The position numbers and the translations under genes were made by a program. This document shows, piece after piece, positions 24,588 to 32,655 of a DNA stretch of 34,609 nt (within the stretch, counting starts at the first letter, position 1; the number at the start of each line of letters is the position of its first letter). The notes beneath the pieces are model-generated. The model saw only the letters and a program-made list of their open reading frames with translations. It was not told the origin of the DNA and made no database searches. Location: positions 1 through 34,609 of the IMG/VR virus record IMGVR_UViG_3300003972_000074; one strand, 5' to 3'. The stretch comes from a virus (Duplodnaviria; Caudoviricetes).

Positions 24588-24958
24588 GTCAGCTCCTTGC
24601 GGATCTCGTCGGCGACCCGCTCCGGGAACCGCCGCCTCGCACGCTCCGCGGCAGGGCCGACGAACGGCTGCGCCGGATGCGACTTCGTGCCGTGCTCGAC
24701 GTGCGGCGTGTGCGGCGCGGTCGGGCCGGCCCTGCCGGTCAAGCCGTCGACGTGCTCAACGACCGAGTCGGACAACGGCGGGTCACCACGAGTTCCCGCC
24801 TGCGCCGAGCCGACCGGTGCGCCCTCGCGCATGTCGTCCGCCATGTCCCGCACCTCGTCGGCGACCGCCCGCTTGGCGCCCCGCTCCATCCCGTCGAGGG
24901 CTTCCTCGAGGCGGCGCAGCAGCTCGTCCATGCCCCGGACGTTGACGGTGAGACCCAT
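24584..24958 (-). CDS. HK97 gp10-like tail completion/neck protein
   Basis: VRGMDELLRRL...APV...HVEHGTKSHPAQPFVGPA. Confidence 0.88.
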   Translation of the reverse strand: MGLTVNVRGMDELLRRLEEALDGMERGAKRAVADEVRDMADDMREGAPVGSAQAGTRGDPPLSDSVVEHVDGLTGRAGPTAPHTPHVEHGTKSHPAQPFVGPAAERARRRFPERVADEIRKELT

Positions 24959-24961
24959 GGC

Positions 24962-25243
24962 TCAGCCTCCGAACCCGTAGAGGCCCTCGTGCAGCAGCCC
25001 GACCCGATGGTGCGCCAGCAAGTTCGCTGACTCGATCCGAGTCGTGAAGGACTGACCGGTCTCGTCGACCCAGTGCAGGACAGCCACCCACTCGCCGAGG
25101 AACACTGCGCCCTGCGGCATGTCCTCAGGGTCGACCTCGGCGTCGGCTTGGCCGCCGAGGTTGGGGCCGATCAGATCGACCAGTCCGGCGAGGAGGTCGT
25201 GGATTCGGTTCTGCGCCTGCTCCTGCTCTGGGGTCGGCTTCAC
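24962..25243 (-). CDS. Hypothetical protein inserted in the neck cluster
   Basis: Protein-like ORF with GAGGTG RBS, between head closure and gp10-like genes. Confidence 0.65.
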   Translation of the reverse strand: MKPTPEQEQAQNRIHDLLAGLVDLIGPNLGGQADAEVDPEDMPQGAVFLGEWVAVLHWVDETGQSFTTRIESANLLAHHRVGLLHEGLYGFGG

Positions 25244-25246
25244 TGG

Positions 25247-25594
25247 CTACGACACCTCGACCTGGACCACCTCGGCTTCGATCCGCGTGTAGGTGGACCG
25301 GGAGTTGCTGACCGCCGAGATCACCCGGAGGCGGTGGCCGTCCGGGACGTCGGAGGGGAGGTCGCCGTCGAGCTCGTCGCCCCTGCGTACGTCGGCGCCG
25401 TACACGGCGTGGAGGACGTGGGAGAGTTCGGCGCCGGCCTGCTGGGCGAGCATCCGTTCCTCCACCGTGGGCTGGTTCACCTGCGCCCGGATCTCGCCAG
25501 CCTCCGTGTAGGTGACGGTCTGGCCGCCCATCCCGTCGCTGGCCGCTGTCGGCCGGTGCACCGTCAGCGCGGTGAGGAGCAGGTGCCCGATCAC
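25247..25594 (-). CDS. Head closure (head-tail adaptor, SPP1 gp16-like)
   Basis: LTVHRPTAASDGMGGQ...ERMLAQQAGAELSH...ADVRRGDEL. Confidence 0.85.
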   Translation of the reverse strand: MIGHLLLTALTVHRPTAASDGMGGQTVTYTEAGEIRAQVNQPTVEERMLAQQAGAELSHVLHAVYGADVRRGDELDGDLPSDVPDGHRLRVISAVSNSRSTYTRIEAEVVQVEVS

Positions 25595-26010
25595 AGGATG
25601 ATCCCGTCGTCGAGGGCGGTGCCGTAGTAGACGTCCGAGAGCTGGTCCGGGAGGTTGCCGGTCATCGTGAGGCTGGAGGCGCCGAGCTTCCCGGCGGCCC
25701 GGCGGACGATGCGCCGCTCCCGGGCGGTGAGGTACAGGGTGGCTACCCCCCCGGTGCCGGCCTGGTAGCCGTAGTCGCCGAGCTGCTCGGACTGGTGGCC
25801 CATCGGGTTGAAGACCCCGCGGCGGATCATGTTCACCATCACGGCCACCACGGCGGGCGGCGCGTTCGGTGACTCGACGTCGTCGAGCTCCGGCGTGGCG
25901 GCGTCCCGCACGAGAGCGGACGCGTCGTCGATGAGGGCTTGGGCCTGGCCGGAGTCGATGCCGTCGAACCCGGGGCGGGCGAGGAGGTCGGCGACGGTGA
26001 TCAAAGACAT
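25591..26010 (-). CDS. Head-to-tail connector (gp15/gp6-like)
   Basis: ITVADLLAR...QAQALIDDASALVR...NPMGHQSEQLGDYGY...LYLTARERR. Confidence 0.88.
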   Translation of the reverse strand: MSLITVADLLARPGFDGIDSGQAQALIDDASALVRDAATPELDDVESPNAPPAVVAVMVNMIRRGVFNPMGHQSEQLGDYGYQAGTGGVATLYLTARERRIVRRAAGKLGASSLTMTGNLPDQLSDVYYGTALDDGIIL

Positions 26011-26171
26011 CAGGCAACCTCCGACCGGCCGGGGTTCACGCACGGTGGGTTGTCGCAGTGATGGCAGGCCATCTCGTCACGTTCGAGCGGCCGGCCGATG
26101 CCGTGACCGAGGCTCCAACGGTGCGCCCCGTCGGACCGGCCGCCCACACGGAACCAGCCGTACTTCGTCAC
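26010..26171 (-). pseudogene. Truncated HNH homing endonuclease fragment
   Basis: YGWFRVGGRSDGAHRWS...MACHHCDNPPCVNP then stops before the usual HL..GT..DN. Confidence 0.75.
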
Positions 26172-27331
26172 CAGTCGGTCGCCGGGTGGGCGGCCTGGTA
26201 CCGGTCGACGATGTCGTCGGGGATCGGGCCGCGGGCGGGGACCTCGATGCCCTCGTCCTTGGCCCAGGCGCGCACCGCCTTGGCGGTGGGCTTCGGTGCG
26301 GCCGGCGGGTCGGTCACGGGCGGGTCGGCATCGACGTCGGGCGGCTCCGGCTTCGTGCCGTCCGGGTCGGCGTCGGGCGGCTCCGTAGCAGCGCTGGGCG
26401 CGCCCTCGGGCCCTGGCCCGCCCGGCGCTGGCGCGGCCGGGTAGTGGACGACGAGGGGCTTCCACAGGTCGGGCTTGTGGCGGACGATCCACGAGTCCCG
26501 GTGGGCGACCGTCTCCCCCACCTTCAGGCGGTGGCGGCGGCGCTCGTGGTGGATCGTGACGGTGCGCCGTGGGGTCATCAGCTCCCCGTCGGTCGTCGGA
26601 TGCAGCTTCGCTCGGGTCACGTTCGGCGTCTCCTTGCTCGCGTTGGTCTTGGCTCGGCCGGTGCCGAAGCGGCGCAGCAGCTGGACGTTGACGACGCCGG
26701 CCGACCAGTCGACGTCGAGGGCGGATTGGTCGGCGCCGAGGAAACGGTGGGCGTGCCGACCGCGGGACCCGCGGCCGGGCACCATCGACGGGCTGTCGCG
26801 GTGGTCGACGAGGCTGGGCCAGGGGTACCAGGTGGAGATGCGCTGCTCCCCGAGCCACCGGGAGATGCGCTTGTCGTAGTTGGCGATGTGCTTGCCGCGG
26901 GTGTCGCCCCACCGGATCATCGGGTCGATCAGCTCGGTCGGCATCACGATGCCGACACCCCAGTGGAGGCCCTCCATGACGAGCCAGGCGGCACCCTGGT
27001 CGGTGGCGCGGCGGGCGACCTCAGTGGTCTGCTCGGCGAACGGTGTGAGCCTGCCGGTGTAGAGGCACACCGGGGTGCGGTCCGGGACGTGCACGAGGGC
27101 CGCCTCGAGGCCGGCGACGAGGTCCCGGCACACGATGGCGTCGTCCTGGACGACGAGGTGGTGGGTGGCGGCGGGGTCGTAGGCGAGCATCGACCGGCGG
27201 CCCGTGTCCCACCGGTCGTTCCGCTGGTCCCAGACCACCTCGGCTGGGCGGTCGAGGGCGTCGAGCAGCGACGGGATGAACGCCTCGCGGCGCGGGTGGG
27301 CCATCACGGCCACCGATACGGACGGGCTCAT
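26168..27331 (-). CDS. Glycosyltransferase (GT-A) fused in frame to a region ending in an Lsr2-type DNA-binding domain
   Basis: VAVMAHPRR...HHLVVQDDAIVC...WYPWPSLVDHRD; C-terminal AVRAWAKDEGIEVPARGPIPDDIVDRY. Confidence 0.8.
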   Translation of the reverse strand: MSPSVSVAVMAHPRREAFIPSLLDALDRPAEVVWDQRNDRWDTGRRSMLAYDPAATHHLVVQDDAIVCRDLVAGLEAALVHVPDRTPVCLYTGRLTPFAEQTTEVARRATDQGAAWLVMEGLHWGVGIVMPTELIDPMIRWGDTRGKHIANYDKRISRWLGEQRISTWYPWPSLVDHRDSPSMVPGRGSRGRHAHRFLGADQSALDVDWSAGVVNVQLLRRFGTGRAKTNASKETPNVTRAKLHPTTDGELMTPRRTVTIHHERRRHRLKVGETVAHRDSWIVRHKPDLWKPLVVHYPAAPAPGGPGPEGAPSAATEPPDADPDGTKPEPPDVDADPPVTDPPAAPKPTAKAVRAWAKDEGIEVPARGPIPDDIVDRYQAAHPATDW

Positions 27332-27873
27332 CGGGGGCTCCACAGGAAGAACTCGCAGGTGTTCACGCCGGGCCAGCGGTCGGTGACCTGCCAGTCGGGG
27401 AACCGGGCGGCGACGTCGTCGACCACGGGGCGGTGGCGGACGTGGGCGTTCGACGGTCGGTCCCTGTTCGTCGTGTGGGCCAGCACGAACCGCCACGCTG
27501 AAGCGAAGACCCGGTCGAGGTAGCCGTGGTAGTCGGCGTCGGCCGGGAAGTGGTGCAGGACGTCGAGCGACAGGGCGAGCTCGGCGGTGGTGGCGGTGCC
27601 GTCGAGGTAGAAGATCCGGCCGGGGAACCGGCGGGACACCCGTTGCAGCACCGTCGGTGACACGTCCACGCCGGTGTAGGCCGGGGTCGGGTCGAGGTGT
27701 TGGAGGACTTCGCCGTCGCCGCAGCCCCAGTCGATCACCGAGGCGACGTCGTGCTCGGCGATCACCTTGTTGATGCGCCTGGCCTTGATGCGGGCCTTGC
27801 GGCCACGGGACCCGTCGCCGGAGTCGCCGCCCGCCGCGTAGCGACGCTCCCAGTAGGCGGCGACGCTCAGCAC
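27328..27873 (-). CDS. Class I SAM-dependent methyltransferase
   Basis: YWERRYAAGGDSGDGS; VIDWGCGDG; YTGVDVS; LSLDVLHH. Confidence 0.88.
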   Translation of the reverse strand: MLSVAAYWERRYAAGGDSGDGSRGRKARIKARRINKVIAEHDVASVIDWGCGDGEVLQHLDPTPAYTGVDVSPTVLQRVSRRFPGRIFYLDGTATTAELALSLDVLHHFPADADYHGYLDRVFASAWRFVLAHTTNRDRPSNAHVRHRPVVDDVAARFPDWQVTDRWPGVNTCEFFLWSPR

Positions 27874-28586
27874 GCCCAGCGTCCCATCGTCGTGGACGGG
27901 CCGACCGGGATCTCGTCGGTGAGCCGGTACCCGAAGGGGATGAGCTGGCGATCGATGGCGTGCCGCTGCGGTTCTCCCCACACCTCGGCGAAGATCACGG
28001 GCCGGTGGTCGCGGATCGTGTGCTCAGCGCCGGCCAGCACCTGCGTCTCCATGCCTTCGACGTCGATCTTGATGACGCTGGGGGCCAGACCGAAGCCGTC
28101 GAGGTCACGAACCGGCAGAACCCCCTTGCCTGTGACCAGGCGGCCTCTGCCGACGTGCAGTGCACGCTGCCCGTCGATGAGCCCGAGGGCGACTGGGTGG
28201 ATCGTGACCCGGTCGCCGAGCTTGTTGAGTTCGACGTTGCGGATCAGGTCGGCCTGCTTGATGGGCTCGAACGCCACCACCTGCAGGTCGCACACCCCGG
28301 CGAGCCACAGGGTGTGGTTGCCGATGTTGGCCCCGACGTCGACGGCCACGCCGGTGAAGCGCTCGGAGTGGATGCGCTCGAGGAGGGCCTGCTCGTAGGG
28401 GACGCCGGCACGCCAGCAGGCGGGGACCTTCCCCTCGGCGTCGTAGAGGTGGATGCTGCGGCCGTGCGCCGCGACGGTCAGGACCCGGTCGGTCTGGGTG
28501 GATCGCGCCCAGGCGCTGCGGCGCTGGATCCGCTCTCGTCGTGCCCTGCGCTCGGCGCCGCTCAGGTTGCGGCGGTCATCAGCCAC
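27867..28586 (-). CDS. FkbM family methyltransferase
   Basis: VDVGANIGNHT, VVAFEP, IKIDVEGMETQVLAGA, RPVIFAE. Confidence 0.92.
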   Translation of the reverse strand: MADDRRNLSGAERRARRERIQRRSAWARSTQTDRVLTVAAHGRSIHLYDAEGKVPACWRAGVPYEQALLERIHSERFTGVAVDVGANIGNHTLWLAGVCDLQVVAFEPIKQADLIRNVELNKLGDRVTIHPVALGLIDGQRALHVGRGRLVTGKGVLPVRDLDGFGLAPSVIKIDVEGMETQVLAGAEHTIRDHRPVIFAEVWGEPQRHAIDRQLIPFGYRLTDEIPVGPSTTMGRWAC

Positions 28587-29487
28587 ACGCCACCTCCAGG
28601 GTGACCGTGTCACCGTCGACCAGGCCGAGCCGGTCCCGGAGCCGGTCCCGGGCGACGACCTCGATGCAGTCGGGGCCGTGGCCTCGGCCGGCCGGGTCCA
28701 TGGCGTGCACCGGCAGGTCGCCGATCCAGGCGGGCCAGAACCAGTAGGGCCTGTCCCGGCCCCGGACGGTGCCGGGCCACACCACGGCCGGGGGGCCGAG
28801 GTCGACGGCATCGTCGCAGCGCAGGTTCAGCGAGCCGGGGTAGGGCTGGTAGCCCAGCTCTCGGTCGAGGCCCCGGGCGTGGGACTCGGGGCGCAGCTTG
28901 CGGGAGCAGGTCCCGGACCCAGAGAACACGGTGCCCGTCAGCGTGCGGACCGTGCCGTGGAGCAGGTACATGGACCGCTGGTACGTGACGCCGTCGCGGC
29001 CGGTGCGGTCGAATGTCCCGAGCCGTCGCCCCAGGGCGGCGGTCGCCTGGTCGATGGCGGCGACCTCGTGGCGGGCTGCGGCCGAACGCATCCACCGCTC
29101 CGACGGTGACGGCGTCTCGACGAACACGCCACGCCGGCAGGCCCGGATCTCGGTGAGCACGGCACGCCAGTCGGGCATGTGGTGCAGCACCGACAGTGCC
29201 AGGACGACGTCGACGCGGGGCATGGCCCGCAGCGGGCCGGCGGCGACACGCCGGTTGACGACCGTGACCCGGTCGGAGGCGATCCGGGGGAGGTCCGGGT
29301 GGTTGTCGATCGCGGTGACGTGGCAGTCGAACTCCTCGACCAGGCGCTGCGAGAACCACCCGGCGTTGGCGCCCAGGTCGAGCACCGTGAACGGCTCGGG
29401 GAGGCCGGATAGGCAGAAGCGGATCTCCGCCCACCGGTCGACACAGGCCCGCTCACCGGCCTCGGTTGCGGTCGGCTGGTAGGTCAT
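28579..29487 (-). CDS. SAM methyltransferase fused to CTP-dependent riboflavin kinase-like (DUF120) domain
   Basis: N-terminal VLDLGANAGWFS, ALSVLHH; C-terminal GTVFSGSG, LGYQPYPGSLNL, IEVVARDRLRDRLGLVDGDTVTLEV. Confidence 0.8.
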   Translation of the reverse strand: MTYQPTATEAGERACVDRWAEIRFCLSGLPEPFTVLDLGANAGWFSQRLVEEFDCHVTAIDNHPDLPRIASDRVTVVNRRVAAGPLRAMPRVDVVLALSVLHHMPDWRAVLTEIRACRRGVFVETPSPSERWMRSAAARHEVAAIDQATAALGRRLGTFDRTGRDGVTYQRSMYLLHGTVRTLTGTVFSGSGTCSRKLRPESHARGLDRELGYQPYPGSLNLRCDDAVDLGPPAVVWPGTVRGRDRPYWFWPAWIGDLPVHAMDPAGRGHGPDCIEVVARDRLRDRLGLVDGDTVTLEVACG

Positions 29488-30143
29488 CGCACGCCTCCCT
29501 TCCGGTGGTCGCGGGTGTTGGCCCACTTGTGGTGACCGAACGCGCCGTCGAGGTCGACGGGCATCCCGCGGTCGCGGTCCCGGTTCGACTGCGGCCCGAA
29601 GGCCCGGGCCGGCAGGACGGCGACGTCCGGCCACTGCTGGGACTCCCAGACCCGGTGCACCATCCACGGGCCCACCACCTGAGCCAGCGGTCGGCCCCCG
29701 TACCGGTCGACCGATGGCGGCGCGGCGGCGATGCAGGCGTCCATGAACGGGTGGCCCGGCTCGGAGCCCAGCACCGCCTGGGTCAGCAGCCGCCGGCCGT
29801 GCGGGCCACGGTTCGGCGACCACACCACCCACGCCGCATGGTCGAGGAGTGGGTCGAGCGGCCGGAGGGGCTCGACGTCGCAGTCCAAGTAGATGCCGCC
29901 GTAGAGCCACAGCAGCTCGAGGCGGACCAGGTCGGAGCGGAACCGTTTCCAGTCCCGCGGGCACAGCTCCTCGGCCCGGTCGAACAGCTCCTGGTTGCGG
30001 AGGGGTGGGAGCTCGGCGGTGGACCGCCAGTCCCGGAGCTCCCACCCCTCGTGCAAGGCTGCGAGCTGGGCCCCGTAGCCGGCCAGCTCGGCCGGCATGG
30101 GGTCGTCCAGCCAGATGCGGTGCAGCACCCGCGGGATCGCCAC
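29484..30143 (-). CDS. Glycosyltransferase, DXD sugar-binding (GT32/OCH1-like)
   Basis: IPRVLHRIWL, RSDLVRLELLWLYGGIYLDCDVE, GHPF, GPW. Confidence 0.92.
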   Translation of the reverse strand: MAIPRVLHRIWLDDPMPAELAGYGAQLAALHEGWELRDWRSTAELPPLRNQELFDRAEELCPRDWKRFRSDLVRLELLWLYGGIYLDCDVEPLRPLDPLLDHAAWVVWSPNRGPHGRRLLTQAVLGSEPGHPFMDACIAAAPPSVDRYGGRPLAQVVGPWMVHRVWESQQWPDVAVLPARAFGPQSNRDRDRGMPVDLDGAFGHHKWANTRDHRKGGVR

Positions 30144-30150
30144 CGTCGGG

Positions 30151-31032
30151 CTAGCTGGCGGCGGTGCCGATCTTCACGAACCGGCGGCTGTCGGTGCCCG
30201 AGTCGTCCTCGTAGACCGCGGCGGCTCCGGCGAAGGTCGACACGAGCACCTGGTCCTGCGCCGTGGAGGCGTCGTACTGGAACACGGTGCGCATGGCGAT
30301 GCCCTGCTCGTTGGTGGTCGCCGAGTCGTTCGCGCCCCGCGGGGTGCGGGGCGGCCTGGTCGCGAACGCGAACCCGGACTCGTGGTACGCGACGGCCTCG
30401 CCGGCGTTGAGGCCGGCCGACTCGACGAACGTGAAGCCGTAGAGGCGGCCGATGACGGCGTTGCGGAGCGCCTGGTCGCTGCCGGAGGCGTCGACCCGGA
30501 CGAACTTGTCGATCGACAGCACGAAGTTCGCCACCTCCGGGGACACGGCGAACCAGCGGCCGTCGGCCGGGACGTCGTCGCGGCCGAGCATCCGGCGGGC
30601 GTCGAGGATCACGTCCTCGATGTCGGCGCCGTCGGCGTCGATCGTCAGGTCGTCGGTGAGCCCGTTCATGACGGTGGCGACCTGGTCCTCGGCGCCGATG
30701 GCGACGGCCCGGACCTGCGGGAGCGACACCTGGGCGGCGAAGTCCTCGAGCTGGAGGGTGGCCTCCTGGTCGGACAGGTTGTGCAGGTTGTAGAGGTGCG
30801 ACAGCGTCACGTCGACGGGCACCTCGTCGGCGGCGTCGGGGACGAGGGGGTCGCCGGGGTTGGTCTGCACGCGGGCGGTGCGCGGCTGACGGACCCGGAC
30901 GGTGATGGTGTCGCCGTTCGAGCCCGAGAACTCCTCGCCCGGGATCATCGTGACGGTGCGGGGCAGCACCAGGGTGCGGGTGAGCAGAGCCACCGACACC
31001 CGGGAGATGCCCTGCGCGGTGAGCACAGCCAT
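30151..31032 (-). CDS. Major capsid protein
   Basis: NGDTITVR, VDVTL, LGRDDVPADGRWFAVSP, ALRNAVIGRLYGFTFVES; AAGGAG RBS; follows scaffold. Confidence 0.9.
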   Translation of the reverse strand: MAVLTAQGISRVSVALLTRTLVLPRTVTMIPGEEFSGSNGDTITVRVRQPRTARVQTNPGDPLVPDAADEVPVDVTLSHLYNLHNLSDQEATLQLEDFAAQVSLPQVRAVAIGAEDQVATVMNGLTDDLTIDADGADIEDVILDARRMLGRDDVPADGRWFAVSPEVANFVLSIDKFVRVDASGSDQALRNAVIGRLYGFTFVESAGLNAGEAVAYHESGFAFATRPPRTPRGANDSATTNEQGIAMRTVFQYDASTAQDQVLVSTFAGAAAVYEDDSGTDSRRFVKIGTAAS

Positions 31033-31076
31033 GCTGGTTCTCCTTGTGGATGGTCACGGCTGTGACGCCGTGGGGT

Positions 31077-31790
31077 CTAGATGAGGGATCGGTTCTTGAG
31101 GATCCGGTCGGCGAGCTCGTTGGGGTCGGGCTCGGGTTCGGCGTCGGGTGCGGCGCCAGGCCGGAGCTTCTCCTTGGGCTTGCCGGTCGGGGCCGGCTTG
31201 TCGCCGGCGTCCTTCTTCGCCTCGTCCGGCTTCTCGCCGGCGGGCGCGTCCGTCTCGGACGTGTCGGTGCTGTCGGCCGGCTTCGGTTTCGGCTTGGCCT
31301 TCACGCCGAAGGCCTCGCGGAGGTCCTCGGCGTCGGCGACCAGCTCCTCGCGGGTGTCGCCGTGGAGTCGGCGGGCCTGGGCTGCCGAGAGACCGAACTC
31401 GTCGGCGATCTCGGCCACGAGCGCCTTGCGCTCGGCCGCCTTGGCTCGTTCCTCCATGGCGTCGAACCGGCCGATCAGCTTGTCCATCTCGGACTTGGTC
31501 TTCGCCTCGCTGTCCTCCAGCTGCTTGCGCAGCTGGGCGGCCTCGTTGCGGTACTTGGCCGCCTCGGCGTTCGCCTTCCGCAGCGCCGCCTGCGCGCCGC
31601 CGCGTCGAGTCGACCTTGCGGGAGCGTCACCCCTCTCGGGTGCGTCCTCGGTCTCGTCGGCCTCGGGCGTGTCGTCGTCGCCCGTCTCGGGCGTGTCGTC
31701 GTCCGCGCCGCCTGAGACGACGGGGAGCCGGGTGCCGTCTGGCCACAGCCAGAAGCGCCCGACGCGGACGGGGTCGGTGATCGGAGCCAT
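31077..31790 (-). CDS. Capsid scaffolding protein
   Basis: Acidic N-region; ALRKANAEAAKYR coiled coil; RRLHGDTREELVADAEDL. Confidence 0.85.
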   Translation of the reverse strand: MAPITDPVRVGRFWLWPDGTRLPVVSGGADDDTPETGDDDTPEADETEDAPERGDAPARSTRRGGAQAALRKANAEAAKYRNEAAQLRKQLEDSEAKTKSEMDKLIGRFDAMEERAKAAERKALVAEIADEFGLSAAQARRLHGDTREELVADAEDLREAFGVKAKPKPKPADSTDTSETDAPAGEKPDEAKKDAGDKPAPTGKPKEKLRPGAAPDAEPEPDPNELADRILKNRSLI

Positions 31791-31872
31791 CTCGGCCCTC
31801 CTTCAGTGGTGCCGCCATCTCGGCGGCGGTGTTCACGACACCGGGGCCGTCTCGGCCGGGTGTCCGTGCGAT

Positions 31873-32655
31873 CTACTCGCTGCCCGCCGACGTCGCCGGG
31901 TTGCGGCGGCCGTCCTCGGGGCGTCCCTCGCGGAGCCGACGGAAGGCGTTGAGGGCGTCGTTGCTGGTGCCGCTCACGTCGATCTCGCGTTGTGCCTGCT
32001 CCCACTGCCGGCGGAACTGTTCGGAGGCGGCCGGGAGGCGGGAGCCCTCGTAGGCGGGTTCGGCGCTGCAGGAGCAGTTGGCGTGCGCCTCGAACCGGCT
32101 TGAGCGGGCGTCGAAGGCGGGGCCGCGGGAGGCGAGCATGGCGCAGAACGCGCAGCAGTCCCCGGAGGTGACCCGCTGCCACCGGCCGGCAGCGGGGTCG
32201 GCGGCTGTCGCGGTGGTGATGGTCTGACGGCCGCCGTCGAGGACGATGCGGGTGGCGGTGCCGGCGACGCGGGCGTAGCCGTTGCGGGCCGCGGCCTGTG
32301 GCGTGAACCCGCGGCGGCGGGCGTTCACGATCCCGGATAGCCCGGCGGCCCGGACGAGTCCCTGGACGGCTACGGCGGTGGGGGGTTCGCCGGCGACCAC
32401 CGCTGCTGCTCCCCCGACGCCCTCGGCGGCCCGGAACGCCTGGAAGTAGCGGGCCGCCACTGCGGCCGAGTCCTCCCACCGGGCCCGCACCACCGGCGCC
32501 GCCGCGGCCGTGAACGAGTCGATCGTTCCGGCCAGGTCGAGGGGGTCGACGACGCCCCACAGGGCGAGGAGGTCACGGAGGGCCGCTGCCCGGATGGCGA
32601 GCTGCAGGAGCCGGTGCCGTTGGGTGAGGAGTGCTCCTTCCTGGGTGCGGGCCAT
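31873..32655 (-). CDS. MuF-like minor head protein
   Basis: RIVLDGGRQT...WQRVTSGDCCAFCAMLASRG...AHANCSCSAEP. Confidence 0.85.
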   Translation of the reverse strand: MARTQEGALLTQRHRLLQLAIRAAALRDLLALWGVVDPLDLAGTIDSFTAAAAPVVRARWEDSAAVAARYFQAFRAAEGVGGAAAVVAGEPPTAVAVQGLVRAAGLSGIVNARRRGFTPQAAARNGYARVAGTATRIVLDGGRQTITTATAADPAAGRWQRVTSGDCCAFCAMLASRGPAFDARSSRFEAHANCSCSAEPAYEGSRLPAASEQFRRQWEQAQREIDVSGTSNDALNAFRRLREGRPEDGRRNPATSAGSE

